Positions 50,815 through 64,000 of a DNA stretch of 64,000 bases are shown piece by piece. A program made the position numbers and the translations under genes. Below the pieces are notes generated by a model. It was not told where the DNA came from. It saw nothing but the letters and a program-made list of their open reading frames with translations, and searched no databases. The stretch is taken from NCBI GenBank assembly GCA_039096225.1, contig JBBPEB010000034.1:1054001-1118000 (forward strand). The letters are read 5' to 3'. The DNA comes from Blastocystis sp. Blastoise. Its lineage: Eukaryota > Protista > Bigyra: Opalinata. Every line of letters starts with the position of its first letter. The first letter of the stretch is position 1.

Positions 50815-51906
50815 TACATGTGAAAATAGTTTAGATAGATTTCTGTGGTCATATATATATATAGATCCATCAAAAGAAGTAGATATAATATATTGATCAT
50901 CAGTATTTATAGATGAAATACACTATATATATAATAGCTTATAGATATAATAGCTTATACATATAATAGCTTATATAATATATATAATAGCTTATATAAT
51001 ATATATATACTTTAATAGTTGAATTTGGTTCATCCAGTAGGAGTTGAGTAACTTGTTCCTGTTGTCTTATATCATATATATTAATAGTAGAATCATAAGA
51101 ACCCGTAATTATATCCGCGGGAATCGAAAGAGGACAATGAATACATGTAATTGGACCTTTATGTTGTTTATAACTTATATAAGGCATGGATAAATTGAAT
51201 ACACAATTATTACTATCATAAACATTTAAAATTCCTTCATCCATTTTTTTATTAATTTGTGAATATCCAGTACAAAGAAGAAAATGACTATTCCCGCGGT
51301 TATCACTATAATTTTGTCGATGGATAAAAGAAGAGCATGTGTAATATGTATAAACTGGAGGATTCTATATATATATATATATATAATTATTATAATCAAT
51401 TGAATATATATAAAAATGATCATTATATATATATATATATATATATATATACTCTATAAACAGCTGATTTTTCCCAATTATTATTTTTATTTGTATATAT
51501 ATATAAACCGCCTTGAGTCGAAGGAGACGGTTTTTTGGTTCCTGACGCATTCATCGTCATAAGCAGATGTGATGACGTCATCGAGGGAGATAGAGAAGAA
51601 ATAAATTGGCCCTATATATATATTATATAATATATATGTTATATATTATATAGAATATAGTATATATCATATAGTTATATTATATAGTATATAGTATATA
51701 GTATATAGTATATCGCTTATAGTATATATACCGGTTTTATCTTTTTAATCATTTGATGTCGTTGTTGTTTTGACACAAACCCTGCAAATGTTGTGGCGGG
51801 CTGAGAGGGATCTGTATTATAAATATAAAGTGAACCATCCTCAGATGCAGAAAACAACTCTTGTGTCAAATCACTATAAACAAGTGATGTAATTGATTTT
51901 GTTTGG

Positions 51907-51966
<60 letters not shown>

Positions 51967-52034
51967 CTATATATATACAGAACTATATATAAATAAGGAT
52001 GCATTTTCTTGAAGATCTTCTTCCTATAGATATG

Positions 52035-52082
<48 letters not shown>

Positions 52083-52119
52083 CTTGTTTACTATCTATAA
52101 ACGGTGCTAATACAACTTC

Positions 52120-52166
<47 letters not shown>

Positions 52167-53281
52167 CCTTCAGTTTTCTTTAATTCTTGTTCTAAACATG
52201 ATATACATTCATCATATACTTGTTTATCATCGATATTCATGGTTATTTCATTTAAAGAAGTGAAAAATGCATATAAATCAGAGACATAGGATTGTGTCTG
52301 AATATATTAATAATAATAAAAGTATAGTAATATGTAATAATAATAAACACTATAATAATAATTATAATTACTATAATAATAAATACATTATCACATTTGG
52401 CCAAAAATAAATAGAGAACATTCGAAATAATTTGAAGATAGAAATGAAGATAGTTTGGCTTATATATACTTATTAACGCATTATATAATACATCCGATGT
52501 GAAAATAGATGTTGGTGAACAAATATTTTGATAAAATAATGCTATTGCTTGTATTTGATATAGATTATTATCTAATTAATATATATATACATATATATTT
52601 ATTTAATAATATAAATAGAATAAAAATACATAAATAATAAATATATTATACATACTATCTAGTTTATTCTCTGTGAAAAGACGTTTGAATTCAATTATTA
52701 TATATAATGCATAATCTTCAAAATAGGAAACAATTCTATATGGATATAATTATAATATAAACAAGAATAGTTTACTTGCTAATATATATATTTAAATAAT
52801 AATTAAATAATTCTGTAAAATTTTGTGCTGAAAACCCTGTATATTAATAAAATAAATAGTATAAGAAATAATTATAAAATACCATTTTTATACACGAATT
52901 GTCTTTGTAATTCATCCATTATAGTTATCTGATCGATTTTTGTTGGAATGAGAGATATAATTTTAGCAAATGTCACAATAAACACCTTTTCTGTTATTGA
53001 ATTAGATTCCTAGATATATTTATTAATTCAAAATAATTATAAAAGGCAAATATTTGATTATAAAAGAATACAATCTGACTATTTAAGAATATCATTGACT
53101 TTTGAAATTCATCCTCATATTGATTCTTTATAACGTCAACACTAATTTTTGTTTTGTTCTTATTATTCTCTTGACTGGACTCTGGAAGAATATGAGCAAA
53201 TAACGCATTAAAGGACTTCATCAACGAATTAGCCAACGCCTTTTCATCCTCTGTTGCTTCGATAGTAATATTTATTTTCAT
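50367..53281 (-). CDS. WD40-repeat protein with helical N-terminal half, multi-exon
   Basis: [64 protein letters not shown]. Stop 50367-50369. Confidence 0.75.
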
Positions 53282-54286
53282 TTTGTGGCAAAAGCTTTAT
53301 TTAATTTATAAAACTAACCTGATTCAGAATATACTTACTCAAAGAAAATAATTCCTTTTTTTTCTGAATCGAACTGAAAACAGATTCTTATTTTTATTTT
53401 TATTGCATAATTTCTTGTTTATTTTAAGATGAAAGTTTTTTTTTTCATTGATAACAAAATGTGTGCGCTGTTTAAAATAGAAATTAATGTGATCTTGTTA
53501 ATATATCATTAATTCAAAACTGTCAATTCTTTTTTTATCTTTTACGTGACTATAATAGGTTGTTAATGCTTTCATTAATTTTGTATTGTTTTTCATTTTA
53601 TAAAAAAAAAGAAATCTATTTCAAAATGTACTTTTTTTTGTCAAATCTATATTTAAAACAAAGCAAAAAACAACAATTTCATAAATTAATAAGTAGAGAA
53701 ATATATAAATTCCATAATACTAATAAATATACTACATAATAAAGTGAAAACATAAATAAAAACAATTTGAAATGCTTGACAAGTTAATAATGGAATTTAT
53801 AAACAATAAAAATAAAGCAGTATTATAATTTATTAATAAATATAAATAGAAAATGCGCAATAGTAAATATACAATGATATATATAATAAAAACATATTTA
53901 TTAATAAACACAAATTGTTAAAAATACTACTAAAAATATAAAATAAAAATGAAAAAGAGTTTATTTTTAAACTCATGTATTTTGAGTAGAATAAATAAAT
54001 AGAAGAAAGTTGAGAATTTATAAGCTTTTAATGACTGTATAAATACGTGATTAATGCGAAATATAAAAAGAGTTATAAAAACTGACTACCGATAGAAATA
54101 ATATAAATTTATTATTCATGAATTATATAAATTAAGAATTATATATGAAAGAAAATAAAGGAAAAAGATCAAGATTATATGTATATAAAAAAATAGATAC
54201 TATAATTAAAAACAACAATAATTAGTAACAAAAAAAATATAGTATATAAGAAAATAATATTAAAAAATGATAGAATTCAGTTTTAG

Positions 54287-64000
<9,714 letters not shown>

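Overview
Very AT-rich, intron-rich eukaryotic nuclear DNA read in the standard code. Gene content suggests an AT-rich Blastocystis-lineage stramenopile (inference from a discoidin/Ig surface protein, a TLDc protein, AT-AC minor introns and TGTTTGTT motifs). Genes in order: IFRD-family (+), ~1,900-aa type-I surface protein (+), organelle-targeted ValRS (-), intronless secreted Cys-rich protein (-), C-terminally short Nup133-like (-), TLDc protein (+), filamin/Ig-repeat gene (-), Cdc6 (+), membrin/GOSR2 (-), WD40 protein (-), and a >3,200-aa Asn-rich coiled-coil/Ubl protein (-, runs off the window). Main discovery: 29098-45964 (16.9 kb) is one hAT-type transposon with CAG..CTG imperfect TIRs, GTGAC subterminal repeats and a perfect 8-bp TSD (TTTGCGTA). 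It has no transposase ORF and carries the intron-containing filamin/Ig gene as cargo. It inserted 13 bp (beyond the TSD) upstream of the Cdc6 ATG, separating Cdc6 from an E2F-like site. Nested inside are three ~2.87-kb non-autonomous Helentron/Helitron2-like elements (two head-to-tail, one inverted inside an AT-AC U12 intron of the cargo gene) and two degenerate tRNA-like Pol III modules. Exon structures were traced by eye and need RNA-seq confirmation.
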